Part shown: piece by piece, positions 53,138 to 62,082 of the stretch
Layout: each line of letters opens with the position of its first letter
Position numbering within the stretch: position 1 is the stretch's first letter
Origin: a virus
Lineage: Duplodnaviria > Heunggongvirae > Uroviricota > Caudoviricetes
IMG/VR virus record: IMGVR_UViG_2974540528_000001
Coordinates: 33,169 to 97,168 of that record
DNA: 64,000 bases
Strand: one strand, 5' to 3'
Notes under the pieces: generated by a model
Told to the model about the DNA's origin: nothing
Databases searched by the model: none
The model's input: the letters and a program-made list of their open reading frames with translations, nothing else
Position numbers and translations under genes: made by a program

Positions 53138-53817
53138 TGGTCCCTTTGAAAAAGAAATCTGAACGCAAGCCTATGGACGTATATGAGACTCCTGAATGGG
53201 CCGTACAGGCCCTTTTGGATGTTATCCCTATTAACCCCTCATGGACATACCTAGAACCTTGTAGAGCGTCTGGGAGGTTCTATAATCACATGCCTCTCGG
53301 TTCAGCTTGGGGGGAAATTCGTGAAGGTGTGGATTATCTCAACACCTATTATCCAAATCATGTGGATTGCATCATCACCAACCCGCCATATTCATTGGCC
53401 CAAGAGTTTGTGACAAAAGCACTTGACGATGCCGATGTCGTGATTATGCTTTTGCGGTTAGGGTTCCTTGAGAGTATGAAGCGATGGGAATGGTGGCAAG
53501 AGAATCCTATCACCAGTCTGATGGTGTTGTCTCAAAGACCATCATTTACTGAAGATGGTAAAACAGACGGAAGTGGGTATGCTTACTTTGTCTGGGATCG
53601 AAAGAACAGGCTGAATCTTAAGCCATTTTATTTTTTGGAGGGACAAGACGATGAGTGCCGCAAGCAAGATGCGAGGGATCGCAGAAATCGCAAACGCAGC
53701 AATCCCGCCCGAGATGAACCAGTTGTACGACAACATGGTGGAGGGGATTCACCAATGTGCCAAGAAGGGACTTTTGGGGATGGGGATGGTGATAGACCTG
53801 CCGGATCACCTGCTTGA
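53134..53817 (+). CDS. DNA N6-adenine methyltransferase, second; 3' end uncertain
   Basis: 227-aa ORF; catalytic motif CIITNPPYSLAQEF; last about 55 codons low-complexity and overlap the next well-supported ORF by 166 nt in another frame. Confidence 0.55.
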   Translation: MMVPLKKKSERKPMDVYETPEWAVQALLDVIPINPSWTYLEPCRASGRFYNHMPLGSAWGEIREGVDYLNTYYPNHVDCIITNPPYSLAQEFVTKALDDADVVIMLLRLGFLESMKRWEWWQENPITSLMVLSQRPSFTEDGKTDGSGYAYFVWDRKNRLNLKPFYFLEGQDDECRKQDARDRRNRKRSNPARDEPVVRQHGGGDSPMCQEGTFGDGDGDRPAGSPA

Positions 53818-53929
53818 TTATTTGCCTCATATTATTGCTGATCTTCGTGGTGGAGGTTTCGAGGTTGATGTCGTAGAAGTTGAACCCTCTATGCAAGGCA
53901 TTAGAGCACGATTGTATATTACATGGTAA
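53651..53929 (+). CDS. hypothetical protein
   Basis: 92-aa ORF with strong RBS GGAGGGACAAGACGATG; followed by a strong terminator. Confidence 0.5.
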   Translation: MSAASKMRGIAEIANAAIPPEMNQLYDNMVEGIHQCAKKGLLGMGMVIDLPDHLLDYLPHIIADLRGGGFEVDVVEVEPSMQGIRARLYITW

Positions 53930-53951
53930 ACCCGCTTCGGCGGGTTTTTTT
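53928..53951 (+). terminator. strong rho-independent terminator
   Basis: AAACCCGCTTCGGCGGGTTTTTTT. Confidence 0.7.
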
Positions 53952-53962
53952 AGTTTTTGTGC

Positions 53963-53991
53963 TTGACTCCCTGCACAGCTTCAATTATGCT
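53963..53991 (+). promoter_or_regulatory. sigma70-like promoter TTGACT-N17-TATGCT
   Basis: Hexamers at 53963-53968 and 53986-53991. Confidence 0.35.
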
Positions 53992-54013
53992 TCTCGTATC
54001 AGAGGAGATTGCT

Positions 54014-54292
54014 ATGAAATTCTACATTTATCACCGTCCTATGCACACCATCAAATTCAAAGAGTACATGGGCGATCTGATCCATGTTTCTTGTGAAGAG
54101 AAAGATTTTAGCCCGGATGGGGAGCAATGGAAAATTAAACGTTGCAATCGTCCTGAGGCCGTGTATAATCGATTGAACAAAATGCTAGCTTCTGGTGGCG
54201 TCCCTTCAGATGGTATTTATCCACTATCCGACAAACGCTCACTTAAGGATCTGGTTTCTTATATGAATACTTGGGGGAGACACAATGATTAA
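54014..54292 (+). CDS. hypothetical protein
   Basis: Start chosen at ATG 54014 after RBS AGAGGAGATTGCTATG rather than the track start 53957. Confidence 0.4.
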   Translation: MKFYIYHRPMHTIKFKEYMGDLIHVSCEEKDFSPDGEQWKIKRCNRPEAVYNRLNKMLASGGVPSDGIYPLSDKRSLKDLVSYMNTWGRHND

Positions 54293-54593
54293 TAAAATCT
54301 ATACCGTTGTTAGAGATCTGTGCAGTGAAGTTGTGGGAACATCTTCTACTGTTGGACAAATTGTAACAGCAGTCGTAGCAATACCTGCTGGGACAGAGAT
54401 GGCTATTTATTCCGAGGATAAGTTGTGCGGGACTGCACGCACTAGTCGGGATGTCTACTTAACCACGGGCGGAGGATCAAGAACTTTACACTTTGGTAAG
54501 GTTGTTGATCGTACATTCGTCGTGCGTATTGGTGGTACAGTGTACGAAGGTAACGATGTGTATACCGCAGAAGAGCTGGAGATTACTGAATGA
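54285..54593 (+). CDS. hypothetical protein
   Basis: 102-aa ORF. Confidence 0.4.
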   Translation: MINKIYTVVRDLCSEVVGTSSTVGQIVTAVVAIPAGTEMAIYSEDKLCGTARTSRDVYLTTGGGSRTLHFGKVVDRTFVVRIGGTVYEGNDVYTAEELEITE

Positions 54594-54874
54594 ATCTTTA
54601 CGCAAAGCTTACTAACCCGAATGCGGGTTGGCCTTATGATGAGAAACGAGCAAAAGAGTTTTTGAAAACTCATGATGAGGAAGAAATTCTCTCTGTGCTT
54701 GAAGTTGCTATTGGTCGTAGCAGCACAGTCATAACTCTCAATGAGCATGGAAACAGCTGGAACAGTGTTCAGTTTACATTTTTCGTTGAAGGTGAAAATG
54801 GTCTTGAAGAGTACGATATCTTCATGAATAAAAACAATCTTCCCCAAATTTATAAAACTTACGTGATATGGTGA
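54590..54874 (+). CDS. hypothetical protein
   Basis: 94-aa ORF. Confidence 0.4.
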   Translation: MNLYAKLTNPNAGWPYDEKRAKEFLKTHDEEEILSVLEVAIGRSSTVITLNEHGNSWNSVQFTFFVEGENGLEEYDIFMNKNNLPQIYKTYVIW

Positions 54875-54878
54875 TACT

Positions 54879-55145
54879 ATGAAAGTAACTGCATTTGTGA
54901 AATATGATCTGTATCCGTATTACACTGTTGTTTTGGGTGATCTGCAAGAGAATTTTGATGTGAAAACGGCAGCTGGCACATACAGTCGCGAAAAGGTCCT
55001 CCATGTGAGGCCGTCACATGAGATAGATGGTCATAGGAATACCCTTATTTCCATTAAAAAAGACCACGATCTTCTTTTACGGAAATTAAAGGTTGACTTG
55101 TTGAAGAAGAACGGTATACACTTCATCAACACAGACAATTTCTAA
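54879..55145 (+). CDS. hypothetical protein
   Basis: 88-aa ORF. Confidence 0.4.
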   Translation: MKVTAFVKYDLYPYYTVVLGDLQENFDVKTAAGTYSREKVLHVRPSHEIDGHRNTLISIKKDHDLLLRKLKVDLLKKNGIHFINTDNF

Positions 55146-55154
55146 GGAGAAAAG

Positions 55155-56402
55155 ATGAAAGTATATCTGGTAGGTGGCGCTGTTCGTGATGGTCTGCTGG
55201 GTCGCCCAGTTCATGACCGTGACTACGTGGTTGTGGGTGCAACGCACGAAGAAATGATTGAAAAAGGTTTCACCCAGGTTGGCGCTGCTTTCCCGGTGTA
55301 CTTGCATCCTGAAACCAAAGAAGAATACGCACTGGCCCGTACTGAGCGCAAAACTGGTGAAGGTCATACTGGCTTTGAGACTTTCTTCAGCCCAGATGTG
55401 ACGCTGGAAGAGGATTTGTCTCGTCGTGATCTGACGATCAATGCGATGGCTAAAGACATGGAGACAGGGTTTATCATTGACCCGTTCAACGGTATGCATG
55501 ACCTGTCAAACATGACTCTCCGTCATACGACGTCGGCATTCATGGATGACCCACTGCGTATTCTGCGTCTTTTCCGTCTTAAGGCACAGTTAGGGGAGAG
55601 TTGGTCTGTTGACCATAAAACATACACACTTATGTTTAATAATCGTCACCGCCTTGCGGAGATTAGTCCTGAGCGTAAATGGAAAGAGATGGAAAAGGCT
55701 TTAAATTCCAAAAACTTCCATAACTATGCTTACCACATGTCGATTATGGGCGAACTTCCAGAACTGGATGCCCTTCGTGGAGTAGAGCAGCCGAGAGAAC
55801 ATCACCCGGAAGGAGACGCTTTCATTCATACATTGATGTGTCTGCAACAGGCCGATAAAACCTTTTGCTCTCCTCAGGTGAAATTTGCGGTGCTGTGTCA
55901 TGACTTTGGAAAGGCGATCACTTTCCGTAAGTACGGTAATCTCCTCGGTCATGAAGAGGCTGGGCTTGATCCTGTGCGGACGCTGTGCAGTAGAATTCGA
56001 GTTCCTAACGAATTCAGGGATATTGCACTGTACGTGACAGAGCACCATACTCGTGTGCATTGCATTTTGGGCCGTGGGAATAATAAAGGAATCAAGCCAC
56101 GTTCCATGATGAAGCTTTTCGAAGCCGCAGGTAACGTGGCTAGTCAGAAGACACAGGATAAGGTGTTTGCCTTAGCAGACGCTTGTTTCTGCGATGCCCG
56201 TGGTCGTGGTGCCACGCACGCAGATAAGGAATACCCGCAAGGAAAAATTCTCCTTGATGCTTTCGAGGCGGTTGTAAATACGGACAGCAAGGCGGTATCT
56301 TCCGCAATGCTGGAGAAAGGCAAAAGCGGTAAGGAGATCGGTGAGGCGATCCGTGTTGCACGTATCGATGCAATCCGTAATGTTCTTAAGGAGAGACCAT
56401 GA
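55155..56402 (+). CDS. cca: tRNA nucleotidyltransferase (CCA-adding enzyme, class II)
   Basis: 415 aa; head-domain motif MKVYLVGGAVRDGLLGRPVHDRDYVVVG (GGxVRD...DxD), RRDLTINAMA motif, and HD-domain-like C-terminal part (HD in VLCHDFGKA). Confidence 0.8.
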   Translation: MKVYLVGGAVRDGLLGRPVHDRDYVVVGATHEEMIEKGFTQVGAAFPVYLHPETKEEYALARTERKTGEGHTGFETFFSPDVTLEEDLSRRDLTINAMAKDMETGFIIDPFNGMHDLSNMTLRHTTSAFMDDPLRILRLFRLKAQLGESWSVDHKTYTLMFNNRHRLAEISPERKWKEMEKALNSKNFHNYAYHMSIMGELPELDALRGVEQPREHHPEGDAFIHTLMCLQQADKTFCSPQVKFAVLCHDFGKAITFRKYGNLLGHEEAGLDPVRTLCSRIRVPNEFRDIALYVTEHHTRVHCILGRGNNKGIKPRSMMKLFEAAGNVASQKTQDKVFALADACFCDARGRGATHADKEYPQGKILLDAFEAVVNTDSKAVSSAMLEKGKSGKEIGEAIRVARIDAIRNVLKERP

Positions 56403-56848
56403 AACTTGTAAGTCACGAAGATTTTAACTTGTGGCGGATTCTAAAGAATACTGTAGGTGCGAAGGAAGAGTATGCTCGACTTGTGGCGAGATGTGACTAC
56501 CCCGCTTGGGAATTCCTTAAGTTCTTGGAAAAAGAGGCGAGCAACTTTAGGACCACAAATGAAGGGAAAAGGAAATTTCTTGTGTGGAAAAATGGAGAGC
56601 TTCCTTTCCGCATAGAGAAGGTGGAAATCTTCGATATAACTGAGTATGGGACTCATCACTCAATCAGTTTCAAAGGAATTTCTTGGGCGACTGAGTTTGA
56701 GAAAACGCTGCTCAACCATGCGTTAGCAAGACTTTTCAACCTGGCAGACAGGCTCACGGAAAAAGATGAAAAACTGCTTGAACTTGAGTCTTTCAAACAG
56801 ACCAGAAATGAACTCGGGAACTGGCTGGAGGCGCAGAACAATGCCTAA
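56399..56848 (+). CDS. hypothetical protein
   Basis: 149-aa ORF. Confidence 0.4.
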   Translation: MKLVSHEDFNLWRILKNTVGAKEEYARLVARCDYPAWEFLKFLEKEASNFRTTNEGKRKFLVWKNGELPFRIEKVEIFDITEYGTHHSISFKGISWATEFEKTLLNHALARLFNLADRLTEKDEKLLELESFKQTRNELGNWLEAQNNA

Positions 56849-57050
56849 GGACAAAGAAGAGTACACCTACGAGAAACATCATTTCTTTCTGGACAAACAT
56901 GCAGGGAAGCAAGTTTGTGCATGGTGCGGTTTAGTAGCCCTGCGTAACAAGGCCACAGATTGGTGTATCGAAAAAGGTTGTAATTATCGCTTGCATCCAA
57001 GCTACAAGGGTGCTATGTTTAAATACACAGAGTTCTTCAAAAAAGGATAG
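56844..57050 (+). CDS. hypothetical small Cys-containing protein
   Basis: Start chosen at ATG 56844 (MPKDKEEY...) after AGGCGCAGAACA rather than the track start 56766; contains CAWCGL...C pairs. Confidence 0.35.
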   Translation, partial: PKDKEEYTYEKHHFFLDKHAGKQVCAWCGLVALRNKATDWCIEKGCNYRLHPSYKGAMFKYTEFFKKG

Positions 57051-57054
57051 AAAA

Positions 57055-57366
57055 ATGAATTATCTTGATGACGTTGTACTCCCTGTATGGAGATTTATCT
57101 TTAATAACGCAGCCTTGCTGGTTGTCGTTCTAAGTGTCTTGGCTGGATTGTGTGTTGGTCTCGTTTATCGTGCAGAGGACGACACAGTGTGGGATAAATA
57201 TGGAATTCCAGCGTTAATAGCTGTTATGTGCGGTTTATTCCTTCCGGTAATCATAGGGCTTGGGGTTATGCTTCTTCCCGCATTTATATTCCTTGCCATA
57301 ACTGCGGCCATAGGATTGGGGATGTTTCTTCTGGTTAAGTTTGTGAAGGAAAGGAAAGGGAAATGA
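57055..57366 (+). CDS. hypothetical membrane protein
   Basis: Start chosen at ATG 57055 (MNYLDDV...) after AAAAGGATAGAAAAATG rather than the track start 57010; three predicted TM helices. Confidence 0.4.
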   Translation: MNYLDDVVLPVWRFIFNNAALLVVVLSVLAGLCVGLVYRAEDDTVWDKYGIPALIAVMCGLFLPVIIGLGVMLLPAFIFLAITAAIGLGMFLLVKFVKERKGK

Positions 57367-57548
57367 TTTTTGCCATTATTTATATTGTTCTCGGTATCAT
57401 CATGGCAGGGGCTGTAATTTACCACACCCTTCGTGAACAAGATTTACTGAGGGTCGAAGATATTTTAATTTCCCTGGTCTGTGGTGTTTTTTTGGTGGTT
57501 AGCTATTTTATGTGCCATTTGTGGTTGGGTAGGGAAGCATCTGAATAG
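57363..57548 (+). CDS. hypothetical small membrane protein
   Basis: 61 aa with two TM helices. Confidence 0.35.
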   Translation: MIFAIIYIVLGIIMAGAVIYHTLREQDLLRVEDILISLVCGVFLVVSYFMCHLWLGREASE

Positions 57549-57578
57549 TAGGACAGTTGTGTACAGGAGAAAGAAATA

Positions 57579-58070
57579 ATGAAGACACGTATGTATTGCG
57601 TAGTAAATCAATATATTGCAGGTATCCATGCCGGAATTCAGTCCGCTCATGCGATCGCTGAGGTATTCCGTGACTACACCCCTGCCAAGACAAAGGCAGG
57701 TAAGTTAGTATTGGAATGGGCTGATGAAGATAAGACTATCATTGTTCTTAATGGCGGTTATCAGTCAAGCCTTCAATCCCTGTGTGAAAAGCTGATCCCT
57801 GTTTCAGCTACGTACCCGTGGGCCTCGTTCTGCGAGGAAAAGGATGCTCTTAACGGGGCAATGACGGCAGTTGCTGTTGTGCTACCAGAGTATATGTACA
57901 ATCCACAATACATGGAAGTTGCGGATCTCGTATACCGACCAGGTCAACTGTCAGGACCACAAATTGCGAATCAGTATCGTGATGAGATGGGAAATGTTAT
58001 CCACAACTATACCCAAGTGGAGAAAGACCTGATTACCATGATCAAATCTTTCCGACTGAAAGGAGAATAG
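57579..58070 (+). CDS. putative peptidyl-tRNA hydrolase, PTH2 family
   Basis: 163 aa; N-terminal MYCVVNQYIAGIHAGIQSAHAIAEVF resembles the PTH2 signature MG-GKIAAQCSHAA. Confidence 0.45.
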   Translation: MKTRMYCVVNQYIAGIHAGIQSAHAIAEVFRDYTPAKTKAGKLVLEWADEDKTIIVLNGGYQSSLQSLCEKLIPVSATYPWASFCEEKDALNGAMTAVAVVLPEYMYNPQYMEVADLVYRPGQLSGPQIANQYRDEMGNVIHNYTQVEKDLITMIKSFRLKGE

Positions 58071-58071
58071 C

Positions 58072-58446
58072 ATGAATGATGTTCGTGGCGATACTCTTAA
58101 GGTTGGCGACTCTGTTTATATTTATTTCGGGTACAATGAACTAAAACCCGGCATTGTAAAGCAGATCCGGGGTAAGCTAGCCAAGGTGTTGGTTGATGCA
58201 TACCCTAACCGGAAAGAAGACGAGAGTCGTTACTCTTTGTCTAAGTGGAAACCTGGTATCTGTATGATCAAGGCGGAAGAGCCTACTGGTTATTATCCAG
58301 ATGAGGTAATCCTTCTGCTTGAAGAGATCCGCCGTCTGCGTGACGAAGCCCCGATGAATAAAGATGGTCTGCCCACAAAGCAACTGTGTCAGGGCCTCCT
58401 GAACTTTTGGGATATGAAACGCCCGATGAAACTGGTAACCTCCTAA
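58072..58446 (+). CDS. hypothetical protein
   Basis: 124-aa ORF. Confidence 0.4.
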   Translation: MNDVRGDTLKVGDSVYIYFGYNELKPGIVKQIRGKLAKVLVDAYPNRKEDESRYSLSKWKPGICMIKAEEPTGYYPDEVILLLEEIRRLRDEAPMNKDGLPTKQLCQGLLNFWDMKRPMKLVTS

Positions 58447-58452
58447 GGAGAG

Positions 58453-59526
58453 ATGATGGAAAATTTCGAAGTGATGCGATGCCACTCAGGAAGTTTGGCT
58501 TATGGCACAAATCTGCCAACTAGTGATGTGGATATCCGGGGTCTGTTCTGCGCCCCTCCTAAATTCATTCGCACCCCGTTCTTTAACATCAAAGAACAGA
58601 CACTGGAAGATGAAGAAGATGGGAAGATTTATGAGCTGACAAACTTCATGAAATTGTTTGCAGAGATGAACCCCAACATTATCGAACTGATGTTTGTCGA
58701 TGATAAGGATATTCTGCAAACCTCTGAAGTTTATGAATATCTTCGCACAATGGCCCCAGCGCTACTGACCAGTAAGGTAGCGTTCTCCTTTTCTGGGTAT
58801 GCGATGGCTCAGTTGAAGCGTATTCGTGGTCACGATAAATGGATCAGCAACCCGCAGCCTGAGGCAAAGCCTACGCAAAAGGAATTCTTCCGATTAGTTC
58901 ACAACTATAGTGAGAACGAGTTCCTTGCTGGGGCAATTAAACATGATCGCTTCATGGAAGCAATGAACAATCTCAACGATATGTGTATCCTTGTACCTTA
59001 TGGGAACGATATCTATGGGGTGATGGAAAACTTCAGTAGCTCAGGGATGTTCAATGCTGACGGTTCAATTCGCCATGTTGACTATCAGCAACTTTCTGAC
59101 TCTGACAAGCGGAGAAAACCTGTCTTTATTGTCAAATATTTGGCAGAGGAACACAAACAGGCCAAAGAGAAGCATCGTAACTATTGGACATGGAAACAGA
59201 ACCGAAATGAAGTTCGTCACCAGCTCGAAGTTGATTTTGGTTATGACACGAAACATGCGATGCACCTTGTACGCCTGATGCGTATGGCAGAAGAGATTCT
59301 TTCTGATGGGAAGGTCCTCGTGAAGCGTCCTGATGCTCAGGAACTCCTCGATATCCGGGCTGGTAAGTGGACTCTTGACGAACTGCTCTCATGGGCTGAC
59401 GAGAAGGACCATTATATCCGGGAAGATTTGTACAAAAAGACACAGCTTCCTAAAATGGCGGATCTTGACCTGTTTGCCAGGGTTCTCATGACGGCTCAAG
59501 ATATGTGTTGGAGTAAACTGGTATGA
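58453..59526 (+). CDS. Pol-beta-superfamily nucleotidyltransferase
   Basis: 357 aa; N-terminal RCHSGSLAYGTNLPTSDVDIRG matches the GS-x9-13-DxD nucleotidyltransferase signature. Confidence 0.6.
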   Translation: MMENFEVMRCHSGSLAYGTNLPTSDVDIRGLFCAPPKFIRTPFFNIKEQTLEDEEDGKIYELTNFMKLFAEMNPNIIELMFVDDKDILQTSEVYEYLRTMAPALLTSKVAFSFSGYAMAQLKRIRGHDKWISNPQPEAKPTQKEFFRLVHNYSENEFLAGAIKHDRFMEAMNNLNDMCILVPYGNDIYGVMENFSSSGMFNADGSIRHVDYQQLSDSDKRRKPVFIVKYLAEEHKQAKEKHRNYWTWKQNRNEVRHQLEVDFGYDTKHAMHLVRLMRMAEEILSDGKVLVKRPDAQELLDIRAGKWTLDELLSWADEKDHYIREDLYKKTQLPKMADLDLFARVLMTAQDMCWSKLV

Positions 59527-59735
59527 TTGAAGCGCTGGTAGGGATATTTGGTGTTGCATATTCAATCATGGCCGTGGTATACTCAATCAGGATGGAAAAG
59601 GACACAGTCCTGAAGCAAATCTATAAGGCCAAGACGGATCGGGATTGGTCTGAAATTTGTTTTGCCATCGGTTTTGCATGGCCCTTCGGGGCCTTAATCC
59701 ACTATGTTATGAGGAGAAGAAATGCGACAGCTTGA
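59523..59735 (+). CDS. hypothetical small membrane protein
   Basis: 70 aa with two TM helices. Confidence 0.35.
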   Translation: MIEALVGIFGVAYSIMAVVYSIRMEKDTVLKQIYKAKTDRDWSEICFAIGFAWPFGALIHYVMRRRNATA

Positions 59736-59894
59736 GTTTATGGGTAGAATGGTAGAACTGATTTCCGAATGGCAATCAGAATATAAAATGCACAGGAATC
59801 TCTCCGAAGAGCCTGAGAACTGGCCCGACACCAGAGATCAGGAAGATTGGATGGAGGATTTCTTTGTTTGGCTACAATGTAAGGGGTATACAGT

Positions 59895-60125
59895 ATGAGT
59901 TATGGTCTTCTCACTCCAGAACAGGCAAAGATTATGAGAGAAAGATACTATGCCCAGCAAGGCATCGAGAAAGTTGTATGGCCTTCTTCCGGTGATACCG
60001 GAACTGTGAAGTGCTTGCATGACTCTTGTCCGAATTGTGGTGGCACTGGTGTTAGAAAAGATGGCACGGGTTTATGCTTCCACGGTATCTCTTGTCCTTG
60101 TCCCAAGTGCAGTTTTAAGTGCTGA
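59895..60125 (+). CDS. hypothetical small Cys-rich protein
   Basis: 76 aa with CxxC...CxC...CxxC pattern (CPNCGGTG, CFHGISCPCPKC). Confidence 0.4.
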   Translation: MSYGLLTPEQAKIMRERYYAQQGIEKVVWPSSGDTGTVKCLHDSCPNCGGTGVRKDGTGLCFHGISCPCPKCSFKC

Positions 60126-60197
60126 ATCGTCCCTATCTTATATGATAACCCTGTTTTTCATGATAAAATGGATCTATCATTAAGATAGGAGGTTAGT

Positions 60198-60677
60198 ATG
60201 TTTCAAAAGATTGTACGTGAACACCCTATCCTTCGAGAGCACTGGCATACTCTGCTGGAAAAGGGTTTTATAGAAAACTCAAAAGGTTGCATCGCTCTCG
60301 TAAGGGAGCCTGTGACAGAAGAACGAGTTCTCGTCATAAGGGATGCCAAAAACGGCATCCTTTTTTCTATCAAAGTTGGTCGTCTGGACGTCACTAGAGG
60401 TTCAAATACCATAAGACCAACAACTTACACTTTTCGTGTTGGAGACATGGGGAAGCTCGATCCAGAACATCTGGAAGAGGCCTTTGATAGTTATGAAGGG
60501 TTCGAAGCCTCTATTCGTGATCTCTATAGATCGTTGGATAGGATTATCAGTGAACACAAGAAAACGCTAGGTGTAAAATACCGAGTAAAAGACTGGTTCA
60601 GAAATTCCAATAACCGCTGGTTTCTCCTGGCGGCAGTTCTCTACGGCCTGTTGACGGTATTTCTGACCTTGCACTAA
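60198..60677 (+). CDS. hypothetical protein with C-terminal TM helix
   Basis: 159-aa ORF with RBS AGGAGGTTAGTATG. Confidence 0.4.
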   Translation: MFQKIVREHPILREHWHTLLEKGFIENSKGCIALVREPVTEERVLVIRDAKNGILFSIKVGRLDVTRGSNTIRPTTYTFRVGDMGKLDPEHLEEAFDSYEGFEASIRDLYRSLDRIISEHKKTLGVKYRVKDWFRNSNNRWFLLAAVLYGLLTVFLTLH

Positions 60678-60689
60678 GAGGAGATTCTT

Positions 60690-61064
60690 ATGAGAGATCG
60701 TCAGGAGTATTATCGTCAGTATGCCGCCCGTCGTCGTGAGATTGATCGTCAGCGGCGTTCCACACCGGAAGGTAAAGCAGAACAACTTCGTATTCGTCTT
60801 GCTCGTATTGAAGCAGAGAAACGTGCTACCCTCCATAGTGAGTGGGATGAGTTTGTCAGAGATGAGGCTGACCACTTGTGTTCTGTTCGCTGTGAAGATA
60901 CTGGAATAAAGTGGGAACCAGGCCACATGCTTCCGCTCAGGGCAACTAAAGTGTCCGGCCTTAACTGTGGTGATAATATCCAAGTGATACCTGCTACCCT
61001 CAACAGAAAGAAGAAAAACCGTATGATTTATACCGAAAGGAATGAATGGTTGAAAGATGTATAG
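60690..61064 (+). CDS. putative HNH-like nuclease
   Basis: 124 aa; Arg-rich N-terminus, C-terminal GHMLPL...LNCGDNIQVIPATLNRKK resembles HNH_3/His-Me finger spacing; weak. Confidence 0.35.
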   Translation: MRDRQEYYRQYAARRREIDRQRRSTPEGKAEQLRIRLARIEAEKRATLHSEWDEFVRDEADHLCSVRCEDTGIKWEPGHMLPLRATKVSGLNCGDNIQVIPATLNRKKKNRMIYTERNEWLKDV

Positions 61065-61067
61065 AAG

Positions 61068-61095
61068 AAACCCGGCGATTGCCGGGTTTTTTATT
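61068..61095. terminator. bidirectional rho-independent terminator between convergent genes
   Basis: AAACCCGGCGATTGCCGGGTTTTTTATT: perfect stem flanked by A-run and T-run. Confidence 0.65.
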
Positions 61096-61387
61096 GACCT
61101 TTGGATAGCTTTTCTATCACGAGATGATCTGAATCATCCAAGTGCATCAAGTGATCAGCTCGGATATCATGCAGATATGGGAGTCCATCAACGTGACAAA
61201 GAAACCAGGATTCGTTACGAGGGTAATATCCATTTACACCGAGGATAGTCTTCTCCAGCACAAGACAGCGTTTTCCATTAAGGATATTATCCTCCGAGAA
61301 TCCATACAGCAGGCAGATGGAATCAACACAAACCTTATGATCTGGCTCGTTACGATCAGGCATACCACTATCTTCTAATTCTAGCAT
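61091..61387 (-). CDS. hypothetical protein (minus-strand island)
   Basis: 98-aa ORF converging on the bidirectional terminator. Confidence 0.4.
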   Translation of the reverse strand: MLELEDSGMPDRNEPDHKVCVDSICLLYGFSEDNILNGKRCLVLEKTILGVNGYYPRNESWFLCHVDGLPYLHDIRADHLMHLDDSDHLVIEKLSKGQ

Positions 61388-61620
61388 TTTTTATCTCCAA
61401 AGTTAAGTTCGCCATTTAGCTTTTGTACACGGTGTGGGAGAATCTCCTCATACCACCAATCTTTCTCGTGAAGACGATAAGATACATAAACCTCAACGGT
61501 ATCCTCGTCCTTACGGACAGTCCGGGTAAAGATATCCCGAATGGTTGCCTCGTATTGACCATCAATGAGTACGATTTCATTGAACTTATACTTGAATTGC
61601 TCTTCAATTTTGTGGGGCAT
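61381..61620 (-). CDS. hypothetical protein (minus-strand island)
   Basis: 79-aa ORF; start at 61620 abuts an intergenic promoter region. Confidence 0.4.
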   Translation of the reverse strand: MPHKIEEQFKYKFNEIVLIDGQYEATIRDIFTRTVRKDEDTVEVYVSYRLHEKDWWYEEILPHRVQKLNGELNFGDKKC

Positions 61621-61683
61621 GGTTTATTTTCTCTGTTAACTGTTTAGAATGAGTATACGCTGTGTCTCAATGAAAATCAAGCG

Positions 61684-61710
61684 TTGACAATGAATTCTTT
61701 CTATTATAGT
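61684..61710 (+). promoter_or_regulatory. sigma70-like promoter (TTGACA, short spacer, TATAGT)
   Basis: TTGACA at 61684-61689; -10-like TATTATAGT around 61702-61710. Confidence 0.3.
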
Positions 61711-62082
61711 CTTGTGGCTGATAATTTGAAAAGGGGAAACTATGAGTAGATATGAGAAAGACCTGATTGAGATGGGTAGGCTACAAGAAAGAGGAGAAAT
61801 TCTTGAGTATATTGTCAAAGCTGTCACCAACAACCAGAAAAAAGAGAGACCAGTTTGAGAGAGGCTCATTAAATCGGGCAGCGATGACAGTGGCTATCGA
61901 TGAGCTTTTGTATGTTGGCGATTTTATAATGAAGAGGGGCGCATGAAAAAATTCTGCATCTATGGGCGGGTGAGCGTTGACAACGGCTGGTATTTGTGCA
62001 AATCTGGTATCAGTGAAGAAGAACTTGCCAAGTGGCTGGCCTATTACCGTAAAACTTGGCGGTATGTTAAGGGTATATCTTA

